DNA of 64,000 nucleotides. It comes from an uncultured Desulfarculales bacterium (lineage in GTDB: Bacteria; Desulfobacterota; Desulfarculia; Desulfarculales; JAHJDS01). The stretch covers positions 60,014 to 124,013 of the forward strand of contig CAZMVB010000007.1 in NCBI GenBank assembly GCA_964569795.1, read 5' to 3'. Positions 52,646 through 62,366 of the stretch are shown here, piece by piece (positions within the stretch are counted from its first letter, which is position 1; each line of letters begins with the position of its first letter). The notes beneath the pieces were generated by a model. That model saw only the letters and a program-made list of their open reading frames with translations, had not been told where the DNA came from and did not search any database. The translations under genes and the position numbers were made by a program.

Positions 52646-54559
52646 ATGGCTAAGTCGGATAAATTTGAAACCGTCGAGGTCACCACTGATCTGCTGATCT
52701 GTGGTGGTGGTATGGCCGCGGCTGGCTGCGCGGTCGAGGCCGCCTACTGGGCCAAGAAGAACGGCCTGAGCGTGACCCTGGTGGACAAGGCCGCCTTTGA
52801 CCGGTCCGGCGCGGTGGCCATGGGCCTGTCGGCCATCAACCAGTACGTCAACTACGGCAAGGGCGTGAACTCGGTCGAGGACTATGTCCACTACGTCCGT
52901 CAGGACCTGATGGGCATCTCCCGTGAGGACCTGGTGTTCAACATCGCCCGCCACGTGGACTCGACCGTCCACCTGTTCGAGAAGTGGGGCCTGCCCATCT
53001 GGAAGGACGAGGAAGGCAACTACGTCAACGAGGGTCGGTGGCAGCTGATGATCAACGGCGAGTCCTACAAGGTCGTCGTGGCCGAGGCGGCCAAGAACGC
53101 CATCGCCGAGCTGGGCGACAAGGGCCAGATCTTCGAGCGGGTGTTCATCGTCGAGCCGATCCTGGACGGCGATCAGATCGCCGGCGCGGTCGGCTTCTCG
53201 ACCCGCGAGGAAAAGTTCTACGTGTTCAAGGCCAAGGCCGTCATCGCCGCCATGGGCGGCGCGGTCCACGTCTTCAAGCCGCGGTCCTCGGGCGAGGGTC
53301 TGGGCCGGTCCTGGTATCCGCCGTTCAACTCCGGCTCCTCGGCCTACTTCACCCTCAAGGCCGGCGCCGAGATGACCTGCCAGGAAGTCCGGTTCATCCC
53401 GGTCCGGTTCAAGGACGCCTACGGTCCGGTCGGGGCCTGGTTCCTTCTGTTCAAGTCCCGGGCGGTGAGCGCCGGCGGCGGCGAGTACATGGTCGAGCGC
53501 AAGGCCGAGCTCAACAACTGGGCGCCCTACGGCCTGGCCAAGCCGATCCCGGCCAACCTGCGCAACTACCTGGGCATGCTCGACACCGACGCCGGCCTGG
53601 GGCCGCTGTACATGGAGACCCACGAGGCCATCGCCAACCTGGCCAAGGCCTACGAGGGCAACGAGAAGGCCTTCAAAAAGAAAATGAAGGAACTGGAGAG
53701 CGAGGCCTGGGAGGACTTCCTGGACATGACCATCTCCCAGGCGATCCTGTGGGCCTCCCAGAACATCAAGCCCGAGGAAAAGCACTCCGAGATCGCCGCC
53801 TGCGAGCCCTACTTCATCGGCTCCCACTCCGGCGCCTCGGGGGCCTGGGTGTCCGGACCTCCGGACCTCAAGGGCAAGGGCAAGATCAGCGACGACTACT
53901 TCTGGGGCGACGTGGGCAACATGACCACGGTCAAGGGGCTGTTCGCCGCCGGTGACGCCTCGGGCGCCAGCTCCCACAAGTTCTCCTCGGGCTCCCACGC
54001 CGAGGGTCGCTACGCCGCCAAGCAGGCCATCAAGTACATCGTCAACAGCAAGCCCTCGCCCAACGTGGACGCCGGCAAGGTGGCCGAACTCAAGGCGCGG
54101 GTCCTCCGGCCGCTGGACCTGTTCGAGCAGTACTCGAACCTGACCAGCGACACGGACATCAACCACGAGTACGGCAAGCCGAAGCAGTTCATGTTCCGGC
54201 TGCAGAAGATCATGGACGAGTACGCCGGCGGCGTGTCCAGCGCCTTCAAGACCAGCAAGAGCCTGGCCGAGCGCGGCATGGAACTGCTGGGCTTCCTCAA
54301 GGAGGACGCCGAGAAGCTGGGTGCCGAGGACCTCTACGAGCTGGAGCGCTGCTGGGAGAACACCCACCGCATGTGGCAGGCCGAGGCCCACGTCCGGACC
54401 ATCCTGTTCCGCGACGAGACCCGGTGGCCGGGCTACTACTTCCGGGCCGACACGCCCACCATGAAGGACGACTGGCTGGCCTTCGCCAACTGCCGGTGGG
54501 ATCCGGCCTCGGGCGAGTGGGAGATGAAGAAGGTCCCGGTGACCGCCCTCATCGACTGA
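52646..54559 (+). CDS. aprA: adenylylsulfate (APS) reductase alpha subunit
   Basis: FAD motif DLLICGGGMAAAG and full-length AprA-like sequence. ATG at 52646 sits at good spacing from GAGGAGG. Confidence 0.95.
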   Translation: MAKSDKFETVEVTTDLLICGGGMAAAGCAVEAAYWAKKNGLSVTLVDKAAFDRSGAVAMGLSAINQYVNYGKGVNSVEDYVHYVRQDLMGISREDLVFNIARHVDSTVHLFEKWGLPIWKDEEGNYVNEGRWQLMINGESYKVVVAEAAKNAIAELGDKGQIFERVFIVEPILDGDQIAGAVGFSTREEKFYVFKAKAVIAAMGGAVHVFKPRSSGEGLGRSWYPPFNSGSSAYFTLKAGAEMTCQEVRFIPVRFKDAYGPVGAWFLLFKSRAVSAGGGEYMVERKAELNNWAPYGLAKPIPANLRNYLGMLDTDAGLGPLYMETHEAIANLAKAYEGNEKAFKKKMKELESEAWEDFLDMTISQAILWASQNIKPEEKHSEIAACEPYFIGSHSGASGAWVSGPPDLKGKGKISDDYFWGDVGNMTTVKGLFAAGDASGASSHKFSSGSHAEGRYAAKQAIKYIVNSKPSPNVDAGKVAELKARVLRPLDLFEQYSNLTSDTDINHEYGKPKQFMFRLQKIMDEYAGGVSSAFKTSKSLAERGMELLGFLKEDAEKLGAEDLYELERCWENTHRMWQAEAHVRTILFRDETRWPGYYFRADTPTMKDDWLAFANCRWDPASGEWEMKKVPVTALID

Positions 54560-54600
54560 TAATGTCCCGGAGACCGGACTTGTCTCTGTGACCTGATCAG

Positions 54601-54636
54601 GGGGGGAGGAGTCCCTCCCCCCTATTTTTTCTTTTT
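54601..54636 (+). terminator. rho-independent terminator after aprA
   Basis: GGGGGGAGG-agtc-CCTCCCCCC followed by TATTTTTTCTTTTT. Confidence 0.75.
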
Positions 54637-54853
54637 ACTCGGCGGGCCCCCTGGGGTCCGCCGGACCCGTGAAGGATCATATCCCCGGGCTCTTGTTCGG
54701 TTGCACCTGAGAACGCCCTTGTTCAGTGGCCGTGGGGCGGGTTATAACTGACCCGTGCTGGTCGTCTTGGTTTATTTGCCGTCGATGGGCACTGAACAAC
54801 GGCGCCGATGCCGGGCGCCACTGAGGATGGTTTAAACCTTTGGGAGGTTAGTA

Positions 54854-56113
54854 ATGGCCGACGATCAAGCCAAGAGCATCTTGGTGGTGGGAGGCGGCAT
54901 GAGCGGACTGACGGCCGCGGTCGAGGCGGCCGAGGTCGGCCGCCGCGTCGTCCTGGTCGAAAGGAACCCCTACCTGGGTGGTCGGGTGGCTCAGCTGCAC
55001 CAGTATTTCCCCAAGCTCTGTCCGCCCGCCTGCGGACTGGAGATCAACTACCGGCGGCTCAGGGAAAACGACCGCATCCAGGTCCATACCCTGACCGAGG
55101 TCGAGTCCATCAGCGGCCAGGCCGGCGACTTCGAGGTGACCCTCAAGGTCAACCCGCGCCACGTCAACGCCAACTGCACCGCCTGCGGCAAGTGCGCCGA
55201 GGCCGTGGAGACGACCATCCCCAACCCCTTCAACTTCGGCATGGATACGATCAAGGCGGCCTACCTGCCGCACCCCATGGCCTACCCGCTGCGCTACGTC
55301 ATCGATCCGTCCATCGCCGCCACCGACGAGGGCCAAAAGGCGGCCGCGGCCTGCGCCTACGCCGCCGTCGAGCTGGATCAAAAGCCCGAGACGGTCACCG
55401 TCAAGGTCGGCTCCATCGTCTGGGCCGGGGGCTGGGATCCCTATGACGCCGCCAAGCTCGAGAACTACGGCTTCGGGACCTTCCAGAACGTCATCACCAA
55501 CGTGATGATGGAGCGGCTGGCCTCGGACGACGGACCGACCGGCGGCCAGATCCTGCGGCCCGGGGACGGGACACCTCCCGGCAGCGTGGCCTTCATCCAG
55601 TGCGCCGGCAGCCGGGACGAGAATCACCTGGCCTACTGCAGCGGCATCTGCTGCCTGGCCTCGATGAAGCAGGCGACCTACGTCCGGGAGCAGTTGCCCA
55701 ACACCGAGGCCTTCATCTTCTTCATCGACATCCGGACCCAGGATCGCCTCGAGCAGTTCTACGAGACGGCCAAGCTGGACGAGAAGCTCAAGTTCGTCAA
55801 GTCCAAGATCGCCCTGATCACCGAGGATGCGGCCACCGGCGCCCTGACCCTGGAGGGCGAGGACACCCGGTCCGGCGAGCAGATCCGGCAGACGGTGGAC
55901 CTGGTCGTTCTGGCCACGGGCATGGTCCCGACCACGGCCGGCCTCAAGGTCCCGGCGGACGTCAGCTACGACGACTACGGATTCATCAGCGTCGATTCCG
56001 GTGTGGCCGGCATCGTCGGGGCCGGATGCATCAAGCGCCCCAACGACGTCTCCAGTTCGGTTCAGGACGCCACGGCCGCGGCCATGAAGGCGCTGGTGGC
56101 GGCGGGGAGGTAG
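54854..56113 (+). CDS. qmoA: quinone-interacting membrane-bound oxidoreductase complex subunit A (HdrA-like flavoprotein)
   Basis: SILVVGGGMSGLTAA FAD motif and an HdrA-like body. Located directly after aprBA. GGGAGG RBS. Confidence 0.9.
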   Translation: MADDQAKSILVVGGGMSGLTAAVEAAEVGRRVVLVERNPYLGGRVAQLHQYFPKLCPPACGLEINYRRLRENDRIQVHTLTEVESISGQAGDFEVTLKVNPRHVNANCTACGKCAEAVETTIPNPFNFGMDTIKAAYLPHPMAYPLRYVIDPSIAATDEGQKAAAACAYAAVELDQKPETVTVKVGSIVWAGGWDPYDAAKLENYGFGTFQNVITNVMMERLASDDGPTGGQILRPGDGTPPGSVAFIQCAGSRDENHLAYCSGICCLASMKQATYVREQLPNTEAFIFFIDIRTQDRLEQFYETAKLDEKLKFVKSKIALITEDAATGALTLEGEDTRSGEQIRQTVDLVVLATGMVPTTAGLKVPADVSYDDYGFISVDSGVAGIVGAGCIKRPNDVSSSVQDATAAAMKALVAAGR

Positions 56114-56119
56114 CAAGCG

Positions 56120-58423
56120 ATGGATAAGAAGACCGGCGTTTACATCTGCACCGGCTGCGGAATCGGTGATCTGCTCGACGTCGACGCCCTGGTCGAGGCG
56201 GCCGAGGAATCCAGCCCCGACGAGGTCAAGACCCACGCCGCCTTCTGCGGCGGCGAGGGTTTCGCCCAGATAACGGCGGACGTGGCCGACGGGACCAACA
56301 CCATCGTCATCGCCGCCTGCAGCCCGAGGGCCTTTGCCGACAAGTTCAAGTTCGACGGCTGCATCGTCGAGCGGGCCAATCTGCGCGAGCACTGCGTTTA
56401 CGTCCAGCCCACCGACGCCGAGATCGACGCCCTGGACGAGGACGACGAGGAAAAGACCAAGCTCAAGGAGTCCCGGCAGGAACTGGCCGAGGACTACATC
56501 CGGATGTCCCTGACCCGGGTCGGCAAGACGACCCTGCCCGAGCCCTACGCCGGCGAGGAGGGGACCGAGTTCTCCAAGACGATCCTGGTCATCGGCGGCG
56601 GCGTGGCCGGGCTGACCTCGGCCCGGGACGCCTCGGCGGCCGGCTACCCGGTGGTCCTGGTCGAGCAGGAGGCCGCCCTGGGCGGGTTCGCGGGGAAGAT
56701 GCGGAAGCAGGCCCGCCTGCCCTACAAGGACCTCTACGACAAGGACGTGGACGACCTGGTGGCCGCAGTTTCGGGCGACGCCAACATCAAGGTCCTGCTC
56801 GGTGCCAAGATCGACAAGATCGAGGGCGGCCCGGGGCTGTTCGACGTCTCGATCTCGGCCGACGGTTCGAGCTCGACCGAGAAGATCGGCTCGATCGTCC
56901 TGGCCACCGGCTGGACGCCCTACGACGCCACCAAGCTGGCCGACCTGGGTTACGGCGCCAGTCCGGACGTGATCACCAACGTCCAGCTCGAGGAGATGGC
57001 CGGTCAGGGCAAGATCACCCGGCCCAGTGACGGCCAGCCGGTGACCAAGGCGGCCTTCATCCAGTGCGCCGGCTCGCGTGACCCCCAGCACCTGCCGTAC
57101 TGCTCCAGCGTCTGCTGCACCGTGTCGCTCAAGCAGGCCCTCTACCTCAGGGAGGACAACCCCGAGGCCCAGGTGTACGTCATCTACAAGGACATGCGGA
57201 CCCCGGGCCAGAGCGAGGACCTGTACCGCAAGGTCCAGCAGGACGGGGCGGTCTTCATCCGGGGTCAGGTCGAGAGCGTCGCCGCCGAGGGCGGCCAGTT
57301 GACCGTCGTCGCCCAGGACGAGCTCCTGGCCGAGTCGATCAGCCTGGACGAGCTGGACCTGGTGGTCCTGGCCACGGGCCTGGTGCCGACCACCAAGCCG
57401 ACCCGGGCGATGATCGACAAGTTCCTCAAGGCCGAGGCCGAGGCGGCTGAGGGCGACGAGGCAAAGAAGGATGAGGAAAAGGCGGGTCCGGAACTGGCCG
57501 AGGACGCGGCCCTGGCCGGCGGGAACATCTTGAACCTTCAGTATCGCCAGGGACCGGGCCTGCCCCTGCTCAAGTACGGCTACCCCGACTCGCACTTCAT
57601 CTGCTTCCCCTACGAGACCCGGCGGACGGGCATCTACGCCGCGGGCGCGGTCCGGCGGCCCATGGGCCTGACCGACGCCAAGGAGGACGCGGCCGGGGCG
57701 GCCTGCAAGGCGGTCCAGTGCACCGAGGCCACGGCCATCGGCCGGGCGGTCCATCCCCGGGCCTGGGACCTGTCCTTCCCCGAGTTCTTCATGCAGCGCT
57801 GCACCCAGTGCAAGCGGTGCACCGAGGAGTGTCCCTTCGGGGCGATCAACGAGGACGAGAAGGCCAACCCCCTGCCCAACCCGACCCGGTGCCGCCGCTG
57901 CGGGGTGTGCATGGGCGCCTGTCCGGAACGGATCATCTCCTTCAAGAACTACTCGGTGGACATGATCGGGTCGATGATCAAGTCCATCGAGGTCCCCGAC
58001 GAGGACGAGGAGAAACCCCGGGTCATCGCCCTGGTCTGCGAGAACGACGCCTACCCGGCCCTGGACGCGGCCGGCCTCAAGGGCAGGCGCCTGTCGCCTT
58101 ACGTCCGGGTGATCCCCCTGCGCTGCCTGGGGGGCCTGAACCTGGTCTGGATCGCCGACGCCCTGTCCAAGGGCATCGACGGCATCATTCTCCTGGGCTG
58201 CCGCCACGGCGACAACTACCAGTGCCACTTCATCAAGGGGTCGCTGTTGGCCGAGACCAGGCTGTCCAAGGTCTCCGAGACCCTGAACCGGCTGGCCCTG
58301 GAGAGCGAGCGGGTCCGCTTCCGCGAGGTGTCCATCGCCGACGCGGACAAGCTGCCCGAGATCATCAACGGCTTTGTGGATGATCTGGGCGAGTTCGATC
58401 CCAACCCGTACAAGGGTTTCTAG
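56120..58423 (+). CDS. qmoB: Qmo complex subunit B (HdrA-like flavoprotein with ferredoxin and MvhD-like domains)
   Basis: ILVIGGGVAGLTSA. Ferredoxin motifs CTQCKRCTEECP and CRRCGVCMGACP. C-terminal MvhD-like segment (VIALVCENDAY...LLGC). Confidence 0.9.
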   Translation: MDKKTGVYICTGCGIGDLLDVDALVEAAEESSPDEVKTHAAFCGGEGFAQITADVADGTNTIVIAACSPRAFADKFKFDGCIVERANLREHCVYVQPTDAEIDALDEDDEEKTKLKESRQELAEDYIRMSLTRVGKTTLPEPYAGEEGTEFSKTILVIGGGVAGLTSARDASAAGYPVVLVEQEAALGGFAGKMRKQARLPYKDLYDKDVDDLVAAVSGDANIKVLLGAKIDKIEGGPGLFDVSISADGSSSTEKIGSIVLATGWTPYDATKLADLGYGASPDVITNVQLEEMAGQGKITRPSDGQPVTKAAFIQCAGSRDPQHLPYCSSVCCTVSLKQALYLREDNPEAQVYVIYKDMRTPGQSEDLYRKVQQDGAVFIRGQVESVAAEGGQLTVVAQDELLAESISLDELDLVVLATGLVPTTKPTRAMIDKFLKAEAEAAEGDEAKKDEEKAGPELAEDAALAGGNILNLQYRQGPGLPLLKYGYPDSHFICFPYETRRTGIYAAGAVRRPMGLTDAKEDAAGAACKAVQCTEATAIGRAVHPRAWDLSFPEFFMQRCTQCKRCTEECPFGAINEDEKANPLPNPTRCRRCGVCMGACPERIISFKNYSVDMIGSMIKSIEVPDEDEEKPRVIALVCENDAYPALDAAGLKGRRLSPYVRVIPLRCLGGLNLVWIADALSKGIDGIILLGCRHGDNYQCHFIKGSLLAETRLSKVSETLNRLALESERVRFREVSIADADKLPEIINGFVDDLGEFDPNPYKGF

Positions 58424-58657
58424 GCGCGATCAGACGGCCCGGCCGCCTGGTCGGGCCGCCGAAATATTACGGTTCCCGGGCCCGGGACGGCCCGGGGACC
58501 GGGGACGTCCCCGATCGGGGTCACCGGCTGGCCAGCCGCGGCGACGGTATGGTATTCTCAGTCGTCCGGCGGCCGGTTCGACGGCCGGGGATCGTCCAGG
58601 GGGGTTCGGCCCGCCGCTGGCCGGAGGCCGCAGGGAACAACAAGCAACGAGAGTGCC

Positions 58658-59278
58658 ATGACCCTTCATAACAGCGCCGGTCCCGGGGAATCAGCCTCCC
58701 CGGCGACCTATAACCCGGCCTTCGCCAACGAGGTTTTCCGGAACGTGGACTCGGGCGAAGAGATCAAGATGTGCATGCAGTGCGGCGTCTGCGCCGCCTC
58801 CTGCCCCTTGTCCCTGGTGATGGACTATTCGCCCCGCAAGATCTTCACCCTGATCCGGGCCGGACGCCGGGAGGAGGTCCTGTCCAGCCGGGCCATTCTG
58901 CTGTGCACCTCGTGTTACGCCTGCAAGGTCCGCTGTCCCCGGAAGGTGCCGGTGGTGGACGTGATGCACGGCCTGGCCCGCTACGCCATCGTCCTGGGCT
59001 ACGCCTCCCGGCCCCTGACCCAGAGCTTCGGCACCCACTTCTGGGGCAGCATCTACAAGGTCGGCCGGATCGACGAGAAGGAGGTCTCGCGCAAGTACTT
59101 CTTCCGCGACGGCCCGATCAAGGCGGCCAAGTACGGCCTGGAGATGGCCGACATCGGTCTCAAGCTGATGACCCGGCGGCGGATGAAACTCCTGCCCGAG
59201 CGTCCGATTCGAGGCATCGTCGATCTGCGGAAAATGCTCGATACGGCCGCGGAAAAGGGGAAGGGGAGGGCCGACTGA
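58658..59278 (+). CDS. hdrC: heterodisulfide reductase subunit C-like iron-sulfur protein (soluble; occupies the qmoC position)
   Basis: Two motifs, CMQCGVCAASCP and CTSCYACKVRCP. No hydrophobic cytochrome-b-type domain. The RBS is weak, so the start is uncertain. Confidence 0.8.
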   Translation: MTLHNSAGPGESASPATYNPAFANEVFRNVDSGEEIKMCMQCGVCAASCPLSLVMDYSPRKIFTLIRAGRREEVLSSRAILLCTSCYACKVRCPRKVPVVDVMHGLARYAIVLGYASRPLTQSFGTHFWGSIYKVGRIDEKEVSRKYFFRDGPIKAAKYGLEMADIGLKLMTRRRMKLLPERPIRGIVDLRKMLDTAAEKGKGRAD

Positions 59279-60162
59279 TGGACTACTTCATGTATGCCGG
59301 CTGTTCGCTGGAGGGTCCCAACAGCGGGTCCCATTACCTGGTGTCCCTCGAAGCCTGCGCCGAGCCGCTGGGAATCGAGTTTCACGACCTGGAGGACTGG
59401 AGCTGCTGCGGGGCCTCGATCTCCTACGTCGGGGGCAACGAGCTTTCGGTCAAGGTCCTGGCCGCCCGGAACCTGGCCCTGGCCCAGGCCGAGGGGGGGT
59501 ATGACATCGTCGCCCCGTGCAGTTCGTGCTACATCGTCCTGAACAAGATCGGCCACGAGTTGGACGAGGACCCCGACCTCCGAGCCCGGGTCAACGAGAT
59601 CCTGGCCCAGGGGGGTCTGGAGTACAAGGGCGGCATCCGGACCCGGCACGTCCTGGACGTGCTCTACCACGACGTCGGTCCGGACAAGATCGCCGCGGCC
59701 GTGACCAAGCCGCTCCAGGGGATGAAGGTCGCCGGGTACGTCGGCTGCCAGACGGTCAGGCCTTACGGGGAATACGACTCGACCGAGCGGCCGGTGATCA
59801 TGGACCGGCTGATCAGGGCCCTGGGGGCCGAGGCGGTGGATTTTCCGCGGCGGACCCGCTGCTGCGGCTCGGGCATCTTCCTGACCGAGATGGAACTCTG
59901 CTCCTCCCTGGTCAAGGACATCCTCAAGGACGCGGTGGACCGGGAGGCCAAGCTGATCGCCACGTCCTGTCCCATGTGCCAGATGAACCTCGAGGTCTAT
60001 CAGTCGCGGATCAACAAGCTGCACGGCACCAGCTTCAACGTGCCGGTGGTGTTCATCACCCAGCTCATGGCCGCCGCCTTCGGCCTGAACCTCAAAAAGG
60101 CCGCCGCCCTGAACCGCAATCTGGGCACGGCCCGGAAGCTGGTGGCCGAGGCCGTGGCCTGA
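59278..60162 (+). CDS. hdrB: heterodisulfide reductase subunit B-like protein (two CCG domains)
   Basis: CCG-domain cysteines (WSCCGAS...PCSSCY and RCCGSG...SCPMCQ). TGATG overlap with hdrC. Confidence 0.85.
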   Translation: MDYFMYAGCSLEGPNSGSHYLVSLEACAEPLGIEFHDLEDWSCCGASISYVGGNELSVKVLAARNLALAQAEGGYDIVAPCSSCYIVLNKIGHELDEDPDLRARVNEILAQGGLEYKGGIRTRHVLDVLYHDVGPDKIAAAVTKPLQGMKVAGYVGCQTVRPYGEYDSTERPVIMDRLIRALGAEAVDFPRRTRCCGSGIFLTEMELCSSLVKDILKDAVDREAKLIATSCPMCQMNLEVYQSRINKLHGTSFNVPVVFITQLMAAAFGLNLKKAAALNRNLGTARKLVAEAVA

Positions 60163-60260
60163 TAGGGCCCGGGGCGGAAAAGATTTTAAATGGCCTGAAG
60201 TCCGCGGGCCCCCGACGGTCAGGGCGGGCTTGGGCCGGGAGGTTTTTCAACCACTTTACG

Positions 60261-60502
60261 GCTGCCACAGTTCGTGGGGCTGACTTGCGTGTTGTTTCCT
60301 GATCCGGCTTTCTGATGCGGAGGTCGGGCCCTCTCGGGGGCGCGATCGTCACCTGAATCTACAGCGATGAAACCGCGGAGAAACGGGACCTGATAACCGA
60401 AGTTGACCCGGAAGCTGTTCTCCGGCCGGCCGCTCATTCCGCCGCGTCCGGCCGCCACCCGCGCAGTATCCTGAGGTGGGACAGCCCCACGAACTGTCAG
60501 CA
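60261..60502. repeat. long-range inverted repeat enclosing ~200 nt of ORF-free sequence (candidate structured RNA or MITE-like element)
   Basis: ACAGTTCGTGGGGCTG (60267-60282) is the exact reverse complement of CAGCCCCACGAACTGT (60482-60497). GCTG/CAGC extends the helix across a small bulge (60261-60264 / 60499-60502). Confidence 0.6.
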
Positions 60503-60655
60503 TCTTAGCCCATACCCGCCGCCGGGCCCCGGCCGAGTTCGGTCCGGGGTCTTCTTTGTGGCAGCCTTGACCCGTCGGCCCGTCGGCCTTAAGTTGAAGG
60601 TAAGGCCGACCGGTCAGGGGACCGCCGGCGCCGTTAACTCGCGAGCCCCGAGGCG

Positions 60656-60928
60656 ATGATGACCGATATCGACGAGAGCATTTGCCCCCACTGCGGACAG
60701 AAGATGAAGCGGTGGGACCCCGGGCCCGAGTCGTCCTGGGGCGTCCCCTTTCTGTGGGTCTGTTTCAACGACGACTGCCCCTACTACGTCCGGGGCTGGG
60801 ATCACATGATGACCACCCAGCAGATCAAGGCCTCCTACCGCCACCGCCTGATCCCCGGCACCAAGGACGCCGGTCCCCTGGCCGTGTGGTCGCCCTATGC
60901 CCTGCGGGACGGGATAATCGAGGACTAG
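60656..60928 (+). CDS. small zinc-ribbon protein, hypothetical
   Basis: 90 aa with CPHCG...CFNDDCP (CxxC-N24-CxxxxC) and Trp-rich composition. GAGG lies upstream. Confidence 0.55.
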   Translation: MMTDIDESICPHCGQKMKRWDPGPESSWGVPFLWVCFNDDCPYYVRGWDHMMTTQQIKASYRHRLIPGTKDAGPLAVWSPYALRDGIIED

Positions 60929-60982
60929 CCCGGATTATTCATGAGGGCTCGGACCGGACCCTGTCTGAATCAGGGGGCCCGA

Positions 60983-61480
60983 CTAACGGCCGCAGGCGGC
61001 CCCGGCCAGGGCCTGATAGGCGGCCAGGATGCGGGCCTCTTTTCGGCGGCGGGACTGGTCGAGCCTCCAGGGAGGCACGGCGGCCAGTCGGGCCGCCAGT
61101 TGGTCGCGGTCCGGCAGGTTTTCCCGGCGGGACCCGATCACCCGGCCGGTCAGGCTGTCCACGATCTCGACCTGGTCGCCGTTGGTGACCACGGTCAGGG
61201 GGATGACGGTCTCGGCCAGGAGACGGGCGGCGGCCGTGGCCGCCCGGGACAGGTTCGAGATCCAGCCCGGGGCGCAGACCACGATCGCCGCCGGCCGGCC
61301 GTCGAGGGTGATCAAAAAGTCGATGATGAACGGCGGCCCCTCGTATTCGGGCTGGTCCGGGGCGAGCCCGACGTGGGTCGTCAGGTCCGACTGGTGGAAG
61401 CCCTTGTTCTCGAGCAGAAACCGGCGGAAGGCCGCAAAGGTCTCGGCGGTCCCGCAGCGGGTGGGCTGAAAGGTATTCAT
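60983..61480 (-). CDS. hypothetical protein, type I restriction enzyme HsdR-N-terminal-like (PD-(D/E)xK-like fold) domain
   Basis: The pattern FIIDFLITLDGRPAAIVVCAPG...PLTVVTNGDQVEIVD resembles the HSDR_N_2 family, but the E-x-K position reads V-x-A. The call is weak. Confidence 0.5.
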   Translation of the reverse strand: MNTFQPTRCGTAETFAAFRRFLLENKGFHQSDLTTHVGLAPDQPEYEGPPFIIDFLITLDGRPAAIVVCAPGWISNLSRAATAAARLLAETVIPLTVVTNGDQVEIVDSLTGRVIGSRRENLPDRDQLAARLAAVPPWRLDQSRRRKEARILAAYQALAGAACGR

Positions 61481-61569
61481 GATTATCTCAATTCGGGTGG
61501 CGAATTTAAGTTTAACATGGTTGATGGCTTAATTCAGGCCGTAAGTAGCGGGGCGGCTTTGGGAGCGAC

Positions 61570-62331
61570 ATGAAACTGAACGTCGGTCGGAATGATCCCT
61601 GCCCCTGCGGCAGCGGCAAGAAATTCAAGAACTGCCACCTGGGGCTGGAGGTGGAGCTGCTGCTGCGGCGGGACGAGCCCCTGTCCCCGGCCGCCGCCCA
61701 CCTGATCTGCGCCCTGCCCGGGGTGACCTACGGCCGTTCGGCCGAGATGGCGGCCGCCTTCCAGACCGGGGGTGTCCGGCTCAAGTTTGTGGACCTGGCG
61801 GCCTATCACCGGCTGGGCCTGGGCGGCGCGGGCCGCGAGGCCCCGAAAAGCGGCGACAGCGCCGGGGTGTTCATCAATCCGATCAAGACCAGGGGCGTGG
61901 ACCCGGATCAGCTCTACCTGGCCGTCAGCCGCCACGTCAGCGACTCGACCCTGATCCACCAGTTGGCCCACGTCCTCCATTATCTGAACGACGAGCCGCC
62001 CGGGCCGGACCTGACCGGACGCCTGGCCCTGGAGACCGGCATCCCGGTCGAGCAACTGGAGCACACCGCCCAGTACGCCCGCTGGCTGGACGAGTTGCGG
62101 AAAAAATTCGCGGTCGAGCCCGACGCCGAGGACGCCATTGTCCTGTATTTGTATGAGCGGGATCTGCTCCTGAACGACGACTCGATCGCCGCGGACAACC
62201 GGACCGAAATGCTGGTCGGCGCCGAGCGGATGATGCGCCACCTGCGCACCCACACCGCCGAGATCGACGACCTGATCAAATCCCGGCCGGGCTACATCGG
62301 TCCGGCCGATGGCCGAAGCGACGAGGGCTGA
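61570..62331 (+). CDS. SEC-C metal-binding motif protein
   Basis: N-terminal GRNDPCPCGSGKKFKNCH. I do not recognise the remainder. Confidence 0.7.
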   Translation: MKLNVGRNDPCPCGSGKKFKNCHLGLEVELLLRRDEPLSPAAAHLICALPGVTYGRSAEMAAAFQTGGVRLKFVDLAAYHRLGLGGAGREAPKSGDSAGVFINPIKTRGVDPDQLYLAVSRHVSDSTLIHQLAHVLHYLNDEPPGPDLTGRLALETGIPVEQLEHTAQYARWLDELRKKFAVEPDAEDAIVLYLYERDLLLNDDSIAADNRTEMLVGAERMMRHLRTHTAEIDDLIKSRPGYIGPADGRSDEG

Positions 62332-62366
62332 CGGTCCGGGTAGATCAGGGCCGCGGGGGAGGGACG

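Noticed and set aside
52061-54391. 776-aa minus-strand ORF opposite aprB/aprA
   Set aside because: It is antisense to clear AprB/AprA coding sequence and has no motifs. It is a GC-content artefact.
54848-58228. 1126-aa ORF on the minus strand spanning qmoA-qmoB
   Set aside because: It is antisense to two genes with unambiguous QmoA/QmoB motifs. Its translation is low-complexity Gly/Asp/Val/Arg-rich sequence, typical of stop-poor antisense frames in GC-rich DNA.
58424-58657. 234-nt GC-rich gap between qmoB and hdrC, considered as a missing qmoC fragment, a recoded (TGA/selenocysteine) extension or a frameshift
   Set aside because: No frame in the gap gives hydrophobic cytochrome-b-like or ferredoxin-like sequence. 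qmoB ends with a family-typical C-terminus and hdrC begins with a plausible N-terminus. It was left as intergenic.
60283-60481. Possible SRP (4.5S), 6S or RNase P RNA inside the inverted-repeat element
   Set aside because: The fragment ACCCGGAAGCTG only loosely recalls the SRP domain IV GGAA tetraloop region. I could not find the conserved symmetric-loop sequence or the RNase P GAGGAAAGUCC box. A covariance-model scan is needed.
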